A stretch of 64,000 nt of DNA from Planctomycetota bacterium (lineage in GTDB: Bacteria; Planctomycetota; UBA1135; UBA2386), in assembly GCA_965223545.1 (NCBI GenBank), contig OZ245006.1, forward strand, positions 2,208,001-2,272,000, written 5' to 3'. Each line of letters begins with the position of its first letter. Positions within the stretch are counted from its first letter, which is position 1. The position numbers and the translations under genes were made by a program. The notes under the pieces were generated by a model, which saw only the letters and a list, made by a program, of their open reading frames with translations, made no database searches and was not told the origin of the DNA. This document shows, one piece after another, positions 1-8,826 of the stretch.

Positions 1-307
1 GCGGGCCGTCCGGAAGCATCCGAGACAGCATGCGGCCGATCAGCCCCTTGCCGCGATAGCGCCGGCGGCAGCGCACTCCGGTCAGCCCCCAGAACGTGAA
101 GAACATCGTCGTCTGCATGCCCATCGCCGCGGTGGCGTTGGCCATGGTGAACGCCGCCAACAAGCGGTCCATCTCACCGCTGAACACGACGAAGGTGGCG
201 CGCTTGCCGCGACGGGCCGCCGCGAGTTGCTGCTGAACCAGCTCGGCGACCCTGGCCTGGAGCTCGTCCGATGCGACCGCCGAGACCGGCTCGGCGGAAG
301 CACTCAC
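1..307 (-). CDS. DsrE/DsrE2 (YrkE-like) sulfur-relay family protein, 3' end runs off the window
   Basis: Not in the ORF track. Manual translation from GTG 307 (overlaps the tusA TGA) gives MSASAEP...KRATFVVFSGEMDRLLAAFTMANATAAMGMQTTMFFTFWGL, which carries the typical FSG..D and FFTFWGL motifs. The frame stays open to position 1. Confidence 0.85.
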   Translation of the reverse strand, partial: MSASAEPVSAVASDELQARVAELVQQQLAAARRGKRATFVVFSGEMDRLLAAFTMANATAAMGMQTTMFFTFWGLTGVRCRRRYRGKGLIGRMLSRMLPDGP

Positions 308-534
308 GTCTGCCCCCGGCGGACGACGATCCGCTTCACGTCCCCGTCCAGCTCCTCGATGAGAGCATTGCCGGTGACCTCGGCCCAGGCCCGGGCATCG
401 GCCAGGAACGCCGGGTCGGTCGCCTCGACGGCGAGTACTTCGCCCGGTTGCAGCTCGCGAATCGCCGTCGCCATCTCGACGATTGGCATCGGGCAGCGCA
501 TTTCGCGGCAGTCCAGTAGCTTGTCGATGTCCAT
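304..534 (-). CDS. tusA: Sulfurtransferase TusA/SirA family protein
   Basis: MDIDKLLDCREMRCPMPIV...GEVLAVEATDP; CPxP motif, 76 aa, coupled to the DsrE-like gene. Confidence 0.88.
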   Translation of the reverse strand: MDIDKLLDCREMRCPMPIVEMATAIRELQPGEVLAVEATDPAFLADARAWAEVTGNALIEELDGDVKRIVVRRGQT

Positions 535-713
535 CCCCGTTGCTCCGGTGTTCCCTTCGACCAGACCTCGCGCCTCCTTGAGAGGCGGACCGGCGACGCA
601 AAACGCCTTCCGGCGGAGCTTCCAGCGCGCGATCCCCCTCCGATGGGAGGTTGACTGAGCACCTCGACCGGGGATGGTGGTCGCTCGAGCCGACGAACCG
701 GCCCCACCCTGCA

Positions 714-3700
714 ATGACCGAACTCGCCAAACAGTACGATCCGAGCGCCACCGAGCCCCGCGCCAGCGAGCGGTGGCTGCAGAACCGCGCGTTCGCAGCG
801 ACGCCGGATGAACGCGAGCAGCGCTACGTCGTCATGATGCCGCTGCCCAACGTGACCGGCGCGCTGCACATGGGCCACGCCATGGACAACGTGATGCAGG
901 ATCTGCTGATCCGCTGGCATCGGATGTCCGGCGACAACACCCTCTGGATGGCGGGCACCGATCACGCCGGCATTGCCACGCAGGCGGTGATCGAGAAGCG
1001 GCTGCTGGCGATGGAGGGCAAGACCCGGCATGACATCGGCCGCGAGGCGTTGGTGCAGCGCATCTGGGAGTGGAAGGACCAGTACCAGCAGCGCATCGTC
1101 GCCCAGCAGCAGGCCATGGGCTGTTCGTGCGACTGGGACCGACAGCGGTTCACGATGGACGCGGTGTGCGCGCGGGCGGTCAGGCACACGTTCTTCCGCA
1201 TGTTCCGCGATCGGTTGATCTACCGCGGTGACCGGCTCGTCAACTGGGACTGCCACCTGCAGACCGCGGTCGCCGACGACGAGCTCGAAACGGTCGCGGT
1301 CCAGGGCCATTTCTGGCACTTGCGGTACCCAGTGATCGATCCGGAGCCCGGAGAGCCCTCTCACATCGTCGTCGCCACGACCCGGCCCGAGACCATGCTC
1401 GGCGACACCGCGGTCGCGTGCCATCCGGACCCCGAAGCGGCACTCGAGGCGCAGATCACGGCCGCGCGGCAACGGCTGGATCACGCTGCGGACAAGGAGC
1501 GGGACGCGGCGGCCGCCGAGCTGGAGCGTCTCGAGCAACGCCGGCAATCGCATCTGCCGTCGCTCCGCGCGATCGCCGCAATGGCGCGCGCTGGGCGTCG
1601 CGTGCTGCTGCCGCTGATGGAACGTCCGATTCCGATCATCACCGACGAATGGGCCAAGCCGGAACTCGGCAGCGGCTGCGTCAAGATCACTCCCGCCCAC
1701 GACCCCAACGACTACGAGGTCTGGACGCGGCACAAAGAGCAGATCGAGCTGATCAACATCCTCTGCCCCGACGGAACCCTGAACGACGCCGCCGGCGAGT
1801 TCGCGGGCCAAGACCGCTTTGCGGCGCGTGACGCGGTGGTCGAGGCGCTGCGCGCGCGCGATCTGCTCGAGGCCGTCGAGGACCGCGAGATCGAGATCGC
1901 GCACAGCGACCGCTCGAAGACGATCGTCGAACCCTACGTGTCGCGGCAGTGGTTCGTGCGCATGGCCGATGTCGACGGCGGCGTCCGCATGGGCACCGGC
2001 ACCGCGCACGAGTTCGCCACTCCCGGGCTCGCGCAGGCCGCGATCGACGCGGTCGGCGACACCTGGCGGTCGGCGACCGGCAAGCACGTCCAGTTTCACC
2101 CCGACGATCGCTACCGGCGCACTTTCGTCGCCTGGCTGGCGGAGAAGCGGGACTGGTGCATCAGCCGGCAGCTGTGGTGGGGCCACCAAATCCCGGTGTG
2201 GAGCGGGAGGATCGCACGCGACAAGTTGCTGATTCTGGAGTCTCTGGTCCAGCCCTGGCTGGACGACGACGAGATCTGTGCCTGGATCGTCCTGGGCGAT
2301 GACGAGTGGTTGGCGCCGCGCGCCGGATTCGAACGCCTGCGGGCCGACGCGTCGATCACCGAAGCCGATGTGTTGGTCTGCTTCCTCGACCCCGACGTCG
2401 AGCGCGACGCCGCGCAGATGCTCGAGGGCGCCGGCCTGAGCCCGGACCCGGACGTGCTCGACACGTGGTTCAGCAGCGCGTTGTGGCCACACAGCACCCT
2501 CGGCTGGCCGAACCCGGCCACCGCGGCGATCGATCCAGGACAGAGTCCGCTGGCGGCGACGGGCGGCCACTCCGACTGTCTCTCCTACTACTACCCCGGC
2601 TCGTGCCTCGTCACCGGGCGCGACATCATCACGCTCTGGGTCGCGCGCATGGTGATCACCGGGCTATACAACCTCGGCGACGTCCCGTTCACCGACGTGT
2701 TCATCCACGCCAGCATCCTCGACGGCAAAGGCGAGCGGATGAGCAAGTCCAAGGGCAACGGCATCGATCCGGTGGACATCATCGATCGGTACGGTGCTGA
2801 CGCGATGCGCTACGTGATCGCCGAGCTACAGACCGGCACGCAAGACGTGCGATTGCCCGTGCAGGTGGATTCCCCGTTCACCGGCGACCGCATCGATCTG
2901 GCGACCGCGTCGCACGGCCAATCCGTCTTCACCTACGTGTGTCCGACGACGAAGAAGGAGTTCGACGTTCTCGGCACGATGGCCGACGTGCCGAGCGCGA
3001 AGCCCTACAGCGAGCGCTTCGACGTCGGCCGGGCGTTCTGCAACAAGCTGTGGAACGCGGCCCGCTTCGCGTTCGGCAACCTGCAAGACACACCGTTCGT
3101 CGCACTGCAGCGGGAGCAGCTGCCGGTCGAGGATCGCTGGGTCCTGTCGCGTCTGTCGACGACGCGCGACGAGGTCCAGCGGCACCTCGAGGCGTACACG
3201 CCATCGGCTGCTCTGGCCGCCGCGCGGGAGTTCTTCTGGTCGACGTTCTGCGACTGGTACGTCGAGCTGATCAAGCCGCGACTGCGCAGCGAGACCGAAC
3301 GCGGCACCGCCCAACAGGTCCTGGCGACCGTGCTGGACACCACTCTGCGCTTGCTGCACCCGGTGGTCCCGTTCATCACCGAGGAGCTGTGGCAAGCCCT
3401 CGACGAGCTCGCGCCACGGCGCGGGATCGACACGGCACTGCCCGAGAGTCCCCTGCTGGTCAACGCCGCGTGGCCAGCGGCACGGCCTGACTGGCTCGAC
3501 GCGGACGCCGAGGCAACGCTGGCCCTCGCCCGCGACGTGGTCAAGGCGACGCGCGAAGTGCGTGCGCGCTACTCGGTGCCACCGTCGACACGAGTTCCGG
3601 TGGAGCTGGTGGCACCGGCGGCGGAGCGCGAACGGCTGGAGCCGGCCGCGGCCTTGATGGCGCACATGATGGGAGCGGAGCGCGTCACCTTCGCCGAGCA

Positions 3701-3974
3701 CAAGACCGACGCAGCCGACGCGGCCACCGGCGTGATCGGCAACGTCGAGATCGCGGTGCCCGGAATCGTCGACGTCGAGCAGGAGCGTGCCAAGCTGACC
3801 GACCAACACGGCAAGCTGCAGCAGCGGATCGCCGGTATCGAGAAGAAGCTACAGAACGCGTCGTTCGTGCAGAAGGCGCCGGCCGCGGTGGTCGAGCGCG
3901 AGCGCCAGAACTTGGCGAGCCTGCAGACCCAGCTGGCGCGACTCTCGAACGCGCTCGAGGCTTTGTGCAACTGA
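714..3974 (+). CDS. valS: Valine--tRNA ligase
   Basis: PNVTGALHMGH, GTDHAGIATQ, DWCISRQLWWGH, DVLDTWFSS, RMSKSKGN motifs and C-terminal coiled coil; ATG 714 preferred as start. Confidence 0.97.
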   Translation: MTELAKQYDPSATEPRASERWLQNRAFAATPDEREQRYVVMMPLPNVTGALHMGHAMDNVMQDLLIRWHRMSGDNTLWMAGTDHAGIATQAVIEKRLLAMEGKTRHDIGREALVQRIWEWKDQYQQRIVAQQQAMGCSCDWDRQRFTMDAVCARAVRHTFFRMFRDRLIYRGDRLVNWDCHLQTAVADDELETVAVQGHFWHLRYPVIDPEPGEPSHIVVATTRPETMLGDTAVACHPDPEAALEAQITAARQRLDHAADKERDAAAAELERLEQRRQSHLPSLRAIAAMARAGRRVLLPLMERPIPIITDEWAKPELGSGCVKITPAHDPNDYEVWTRHKEQIELINILCPDGTLNDAAGEFAGQDRFAARDAVVEALRARDLLEAVEDREIEIAHSDRSKTIVEPYVSRQWFVRMADVDGGVRMGTGTAHEFATPGLAQAAIDAVGDTWRSATGKHVQFHPDDRYRRTFVAWLAEKRDWCISRQLWWGHQIPVWSGRIARDKLLILESLVQPWLDDDEICAWIVLGDDEWLAPRAGFERLRADASITEADVLVCFLDPDVERDAAQMLEGAGLSPDPDVLDTWFSSALWPHSTLGWPNPATAAIDPGQSPLAATGGHSDCLSYYYPGSCLVTGRDIITLWVARMVITGLYNLGDVPFTDVFIHASILDGKGERMSKSKGNGIDPVDIIDRYGADAMRYVIAELQTGTQDVRLPVQVDSPFTGDRIDLATASHGQSVFTYVCPTTKKEFDVLGTMADVPSAKPYSERFDVGRAFCNKLWNAARFAFGNLQDTPFVALQREQLPVEDRWVLSRLSTTRDEVQRHLEAYTPSAALAAAREFFWSTFCDWYVELIKPRLRSETERGTAQQVLATVLDTTLRLLHPVVPFITEELWQALDELAPRRGIDTALPESPLLVNAAWPAARPDWLDADAEATLALARDVVKATREVRARYSVPPSTRVPVELVAPAAERERLEPAAALMAHMMGAERVTFAEHKTDAADAATGVIGNVEIAVPGIVDVEQERAKLTDQHGKLQQRIAGIEKKLQNASFVQKAPAAVVERERQNLASLQTQLARLSNALEALCN

Positions 3975-4001
3975 GGCGCAGCCTCGGCGCCCGACGCTGA
4001 T

Positions 4002-4856
4002 TCAGCGGACTTCGCCGGCGAGGATCCGGCGGAAGTCGTCGACACCGACCTCGTAGACGGAGTTGCAGTAGTCGCACGTCACCCGCACGGGCTTGCCCTC
4101 GGCCAGCAGCGAACGCACCTCGTCGTCGCCGAGCACCGACACCGATCCCACCGCCTTCTCGCGGCCGCAATGGCAACCGAACTCGACCGTCGAGTCCGCC
4201 AGCTCGGTGTAGTCCACGCCGGCCAGCAGCACGTCCAGCAGCTGCTGCGGATCCGCGTCCGATTGCTCCAGCCGGCGACCCAAGTCCGAGACGTCGCGCA
4301 GACGCCGGCGCATCGCCTGCAGGGGCGGCTCGGTGACCTCGGGCAGGAGCTGGACCACGAACCCGCCGGCGGCGGCGACGCGATCGCCATCGAGCACGGC
4401 GGTGACCGCCGCCATGGTCTCGACCTGCTCCGACTGGCGGAAGTACTCGATCAAGGCCTCGTCGAAGCAGCCGGGCGCGACCGCCACGATGCCCTGATGC
4501 GGCGCGCGTCCCGGCATCGAGCGCATCACTTGCAAGTAGCCGCCATTGGCGAGCTGGACGCCGAGCGCATCGTCGTCGACGCGCACGAGCCCGCGCGTGC
4601 GGCCCTCCGGAAAGGCGTCCCCGACGATCTGGTTGTCGGCGGCATCACGCAACAGGATCTGCACGCGATACGGTGGCGCCATCGTCTCGCGCACCAGGAC
4701 CGCGCCGCAGACGACTTCTCCCAGCTGCGCCGCCGGCATGCCGGCGGCGCGCTGTGCGTCGACGATGGCCTGCACCGTGTCGGTGGCCCGCATCGTCATC
4801 ACGCGGAACGCGCCGTCGTCGGTCATCGCGCGCAGCACGTGGTCGGTGATCGGCAT
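4002..4856 (-). CDS. hslO: Hsp33 redox-regulated chaperone
   Basis: YFRQSEQV, AAGGFVVQLLP, C-terminal CHC...CDYC zinc motif; start MPITDHVLRA. Confidence 0.92.
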   Translation of the reverse strand: MPITDHVLRAMTDDGAFRVMTMRATDTVQAIVDAQRAAGMPAAQLGEVVCGAVLVRETMAPPYRVQILLRDAADNQIVGDAFPEGRTRGLVRVDDDALGVQLANGGYLQVMRSMPGRAPHQGIVAVAPGCFDEALIEYFRQSEQVETMAAVTAVLDGDRVAAAGGFVVQLLPEVTEPPLQAMRRRLRDVSDLGRRLEQSDADPQQLLDVLLAGVDYTELADSTVEFGCHCGREKAVGSVSVLGDDEVRSLLAEGKPVRVTCDYCNSVYEVGVDDFRRILAGEVR

Positions 4857-4887
4857 CGGCGCCACTGTAGGCGGCCTCGCCGATTTG

Positions 4888-6012
4888 TCACTGCTGCGGT
4901 GGCTGACCGCGCACCTGCGCCAACGAGTAGAACGTGCCCCGCCAAACCGTTCCCCCCCGCCGCAGCGCGGCCAACGTGCTGTCGAGCAGTAAGACACCGA
5001 CGACCAGCGGCCCCAGTGGCGCCCACAGTGCGTAACCGAGCGGCCACCCGTAGTGACGAGCGACGCTGCCGCCCGTGACCACCATCGAGGCCAGCGCGCC
5101 GGCGGCCGCCCAACCCGCCGGCGTCACCGACCAGCCGGCGTGTACCGTCGCCAGCCAGGCGCCAACCGCTGCCGCTCCCGCCGGCAGCGTCAGCCAGGCC
5201 CGGCCGTCCGCCACCGCGAAGAAGTTCTTGCGCAGCGCGCGGAAGGCGCCACCCAACGTGGTGAACCACTCCACCGAGAAGTCATTCACCGCGCTGCGCA
5301 TCAGCGCGCGTCCGCCGGCCCGCCAAATCCGGCGGGCCAGCGCGACGTCCTCGACAACCGCGTTGCCGACGGCCGCGTGGCCCCCCAGCTCGCGCCATGC
5401 CGATGTGCGGACCAGCATGAACGCGCCCACCCCCATCGCGTCGCGGCCGGCGTCGACCCGGCCCGCGTGACCGAACATGGCTGCACACAGCGGCACCGCG
5501 GCGATGGCGCCCGACCAGCGCATGCCACGCAGCTGTGGCACCAGCGTCAGCAGATCGGCGGCGGCTTGCTCGGCAACGGCCAGGGCGCGCGCCACCGCCG
5601 TCGGCGACAGCCACGTGTCGTCGTCGACGAACAGCAGCCACTCGGAGTCGGCGTTCTCGGCGCCGCGTTGACAGGCGTGCGGTTTGCCCAACCAGCCGAC
5701 CGGTAGTGCCTCGATCCGTTGCACTTCGAAGCGCGGGTCGCGGGCCGCCCACGCCGCGGCGATCTCAGCGGTCCGGTCGGTGGAACGGTCGTCGACGACG
5801 GTGACACGCAGGTCGACGGCTTGCTGCGCGTGCAGCGAACGCAGGGTTTCGTCCAGCGCCCGCGCGCCATCGCGGACCGGCACCACCACACGGACGCGGC
5901 CGGACGGTAGCCGCTCGAGCGGCGGCAGGGGCCGTAGCACGCGGCGGCCACGCCACGCCGCCAGCACGACGCTCAGCCAGAGGGCCGCGAGCAACCATGG
6001 ATACCATTGCAC
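4888..6012 (-). CDS. Family 2 glycosyltransferase, membrane-bound (HpnB/CrtQ-like)
   Basis: VVVPVRD, VVDDRSTD, GWLGKPHAC, LLFVDDD, VEDVALA motifs; N- and C-terminal TM segments; start codon approximate. Confidence 0.85.
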   Translation of the reverse strand: MQWYPWLLAALWLSVVLAAWRGRRVLRPLPPLERLPSGRVRVVVPVRDGARALDETLRSLHAQQAVDLRVTVVDDRSTDRTAEIAAAWAARDPRFEVQRIEALPVGWLGKPHACQRGAENADSEWLLFVDDDTWLSPTAVARALAVAEQAAADLLTLVPQLRGMRWSGAIAAVPLCAAMFGHAGRVDAGRDAMGVGAFMLVRTSAWRELGGHAAVGNAVVEDVALARRIWRAGGRALMRSAVNDFSVEWFTTLGGAFRALRKNFFAVADGRAWLTLPAGAAAVGAWLATVHAGWSVTPAGWAAAGALASMVVTGGSVARHYGWPLGYALWAPLGPLVVGVLLLDSTLAALRRGGTVWRGTFYSLAQVRGQPPQQ

Positions 6013-6104
6013 CGGACTTGTCTTGCGGCCACCGGCCGGAGCCCGCATCGGAACCGAACACCGCGACGTTGCCAAGCGGACACTCATGCGGCCTACTGAG
6101 CGGG

Positions 6105-6944
6105 GTGCCCGAGCTTCCCGAAGTCGAGACGGTTCGCCGCGGCCTGGACCGCAGCGTGCGCGGCCGATCGGTCGTCGCCAGCACGTTGACGCGCCGCGAC
6201 TTGCGCTGGCCGATCCCGGTGCGGGCAGTCCGCGGACTCACGGGCCGCCGCCTCACGCACGTCGACCGCCGGTCGAAGTACCTGCTACTCCACTTCTCTG
6301 GCGATGCCGCGCCGGTTGCCCTCGTGCATCTCGGGATGAGCGGCCGCTTGTGGGTCGATCCGGTGCGCCGCCGGCAGCGCCGCCCGGCCTTCGAGCTGCA
6401 CGAGCACTGGCGGGTCGACTTCGGCGACCGCTGCATGCGCTTCGTCGACCCAAGACGCTTCGGCTGTCTCGATATCGTCACCACCCCCCGCCTGCACCAC
6501 CACCGGCTGCTCGCCGACCTGGGTCCCGAGCCATTCGCCGCCGAGTTCAACGCCGACGCGGTCTACGCCGACACCCGGCGTCGACGGGTCGCCTGCAAGA
6601 CCTACCTGATGGACGCACGCCGCGTGGTCGGCGTCGGCAACATCTACGCCAGCGAGGCGTGCTTCCGCGCCGGCCTGCGCCCCGGCCGCGGCGTCCACCG
6701 CACGAGCCGCGCCGATTGCGCCCGCCTGGTCGACGCGGTGCGCTCCGTACTGCGCGACGCGATCCGGCAAGGAGGCACCACCCTGCGCGACTACACCGGC
6801 GTCGACCGCAACGCCGGCGAGTTCCAACAACAGCTATCCGTCTACGGCCGCGCCGGCGAGCCCTGCGACCACTGTGGCACGCCGATCACCGCGATCACGC
6901 AGCACGGCCGCTCCAGCTACTACTGTCCGCACTGCCAATACTGA
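6105..6944 (+). CDS. mutM: Formamidopyrimidine-DNA glycosylase
   Basis: (M)PELPEVET N-terminus, HLGMSG, GVGNIYASE, C-terminal CxxC...CxxC zinc finger. Confidence 0.96.
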   Translation: MPELPEVETVRRGLDRSVRGRSVVASTLTRRDLRWPIPVRAVRGLTGRRLTHVDRRSKYLLLHFSGDAAPVALVHLGMSGRLWVDPVRRRQRRPAFELHEHWRVDFGDRCMRFVDPRRFGCLDIVTTPRLHHHRLLADLGPEPFAAEFNADAVYADTRRRRVACKTYLMDARRVVGVGNIYASEACFRAGLRPGRGVHRTSRADCARLVDAVRSVLRDAIRQGGTTLRDYTGVDRNAGEFQQQLSVYGRAGEPCDHCGTPITAITQHGRSSYYCPHCQY

Positions 6945-6948
6945 CCGG

Positions 6949-7055
6949 GCTTTCCGGCGAAGTTGAACGTACGGAGCCAGGCTCCGACTCATCACCCGGC
7001 GGAGCCGGGTGATGAGTCGGAGCCTGGCTCCGTACGTTCAACTTCGCCGGAAAGC
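6949..7055. repeat. Perfect inverted repeat, 52-bp arms with a 3-nt loop (REPIN-like)
   Basis: 6949-7000 is the exact reverse complement of 7004-7055; each arm has an internal GGAGCC-A-GGCTCC palindrome; lies between convergent mutM and recD. Confidence 0.9.
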
Positions 7056-7059
7056 GCGG

Positions 7060-8826
7060 TCACTTCAGCGCGGCGCGGAGGCCGGAAGCGCGCTCGATGT
7101 GCCGGGGTACGGCGTCGCGCAGGACTTGCTCGGTGCCGGCGATTCGTACTACCGCGCGCGCGCGGGTGACGCCGGTGTAGATCAGCTCGCGGGTCAGGAC
7201 CGGCGAGGGTCGTTCGGGGAGCAGTAGCGCGACTTCGTCGAACTCGGAGCCCTGGCTCTTGTGCACGGTCATGGCGTACACGGTCTCGTGTGGGGGCAGC
7301 CGCGCCGGCAGCACACCGCGAAGCTCGCCTTGCTCGCCGCGGAACCAGGCCTTGAGGCGCCCGCTCTCGTCGGGCGCGACCACACCCGCGTCACCGTTGA
7401 ACAGCTGCAGCTGGTAGTCGTTGCGGGTGATCAGCACCGGCCGTCCCGGATACCACTCGCTAGTGGCGTCCACGACTCCCGCGGCTGCCAGCTCGGCTTC
7501 GATCAAGGCGTTGGTCGCGTCCACGCCACGTTCGCCCGAGCGATGCACACACAAGACGCGGAATCGCTCCAGGGCGCGCAGCAACTCCTCGGGGTCGCGC
7601 TCGGCCAGGGCGGCGAAACCGCGCGTGGCCAACGCTCGCAGCCAGTCCCGCAGCGCGGCCTCGCCGGCATCCGCCAACCACTCCACCGCCTCGTCGCCGC
7701 GGCCGAGCTCGTCGACGACCGCGCCGGCATCCGCGCGGTTGATCGCCGAAGCCAGCCGTCCGATCGCGCCGGAGTCCCGGTAGCGAAAGCTGTGCGTCAG
7801 CTCCGCGACGGAGTCGCCGAGCCCTCCACTGCAGAGGTCGCCGAGGATCGCACCGGCCTCCACCGAAGCCAGCTGATCCTTGTCACCCAGGAGCAGCAGA
7901 CGCGCGTTCTTCGGCACCGCGTCGACCAGCTTGGCCATCAACGCGATATCGACCATGGAGGCCTCGTCGCAGACGACCGCGTCCGTCGGCAACGGTCGCG
8001 CCGCGTCGTGGCGAAAGCGCGTCGGCTGCCCCGGGAGGTAGCCGAGAGCGCGGTGGATCGTCGAGGCTTGATGCGGGATCGCGCGGCGGACGTCGGCATC
8101 CGCGTCGAGACGCTCGAGCTGGCCACGGATCGACTCGCTCAGCCGTTGCGCGGCCTTCCCCGTCGGCGCGACCAGATGAATCCGCAGCCACTCTCCACCG
8201 GCGGCGCGGGCCTGCTCCTGCAACAGGGCTAGGACCTTGACCACCGTCGTCGTCTTGCCGGTGCCGGGCCCACCCGAGATCACCGCAAACGGCCGCTCGA
8301 CCGCCAACCGTGCCGCCGCGCGCTGCGTCCGCTCGCCGGCGCCATCGGTCGCGAACAACCGGTCCAACCCAAGGGTCAACAACCGTTCGTCGATGCGAGC
8401 CATCCGCGCCATGCGCGGCCGCAAGCCAGCGACCAGGCGCGCCTGGTAGCGCCAATAGCGGAACAGGTACAGTCGCTGGCCTTCCTCGAGCACCAGCGGC
8501 CGGCGTTCGCCGACGTCGGCGCCGACGTCGACCGTGGTGACCAGTCCACTGTCCTGCAACAGCGCCACCCACTCTTCGAGCGGAGGCAGGTCGAGCGCGA
8601 CGTCGACGCCGGTCTCGGTCGCCAACCACGGCGCCTCGGCCAAGCGCTCCAGGTCGACGCAGACATGACCGCGCTGCACTGCGCGGCTGGCGAGCGCGGC
8701 CGCCAAGAGCACGAGCGACGAGTCGTCGCCACCTCCCGCGCGGGCCAGGCTCGCCGCCAGGTGGCGGTCCAGCGGCCGCAGCACGCCGGCGTGCATCAGC
8801 GCATCGATTCCGCCGAGCGCGCTCAT
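7060..8826 (-). CDS. recD: Exodeoxyribonuclease V alpha subunit
   Basis: ISGGPGTGKTT, APTGKAA, DEASMVD, GDKDQLASVEAG, YAMTVHKSQGSEF, YTGVTRA; ATG overlaps the recB stop. Confidence 0.95.
   Translation of the reverse strand: MSALGGIDALMHAGVLRPLDRHLAASLARAGGGDDSSLVLLAAALASRAVQRGHVCVDLERLAEAPWLATETGVDVALDLPPLEEWVALLQDSGLVTTVDVGADVGERRPLVLEEGQRLYLFRYWRYQARLVAGLRPRMARMARIDERLLTLGLDRLFATDGAGERTQRAAARLAVERPFAVISGGPGTGKTTTVVKVLALLQEQARAAGGEWLRIHLVAPTGKAAQRLSESIRGQLERLDADADVRRAIPHQASTIHRALGYLPGQPTRFRHDAARPLPTDAVVCDEASMVDIALMAKLVDAVPKNARLLLLGDKDQLASVEAGAILGDLCSGGLGDSVAELTHSFRYRDSGAIGRLASAINRADAGAVVDELGRGDEAVEWLADAGEAALRDWLRALATRGFAALAERDPEELLRALERFRVLCVHRSGERGVDATNALIEAELAAAGVVDATSEWYPGRPVLITRNDYQLQLFNGDAGVVAPDESGRLKAWFRGEQGELRGVLPARLPPHETVYAMTVHKSQGSEFDEVALLLPERPSPVLTRELIYTGVTRARAVVRIAGTEQVLRDAVPRHIERASGLRAALK

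Noticed and set aside
82..303. 73-aa ORF from the track
   Set aside because: Wrong frame; the real gene is the DsrE-like frame running from 307 off the window start.
304..534. Selenocysteine-containing TusA/YedF
   Set aside because: The motif is CPMP encoded by TGC, with no in-frame TGA.
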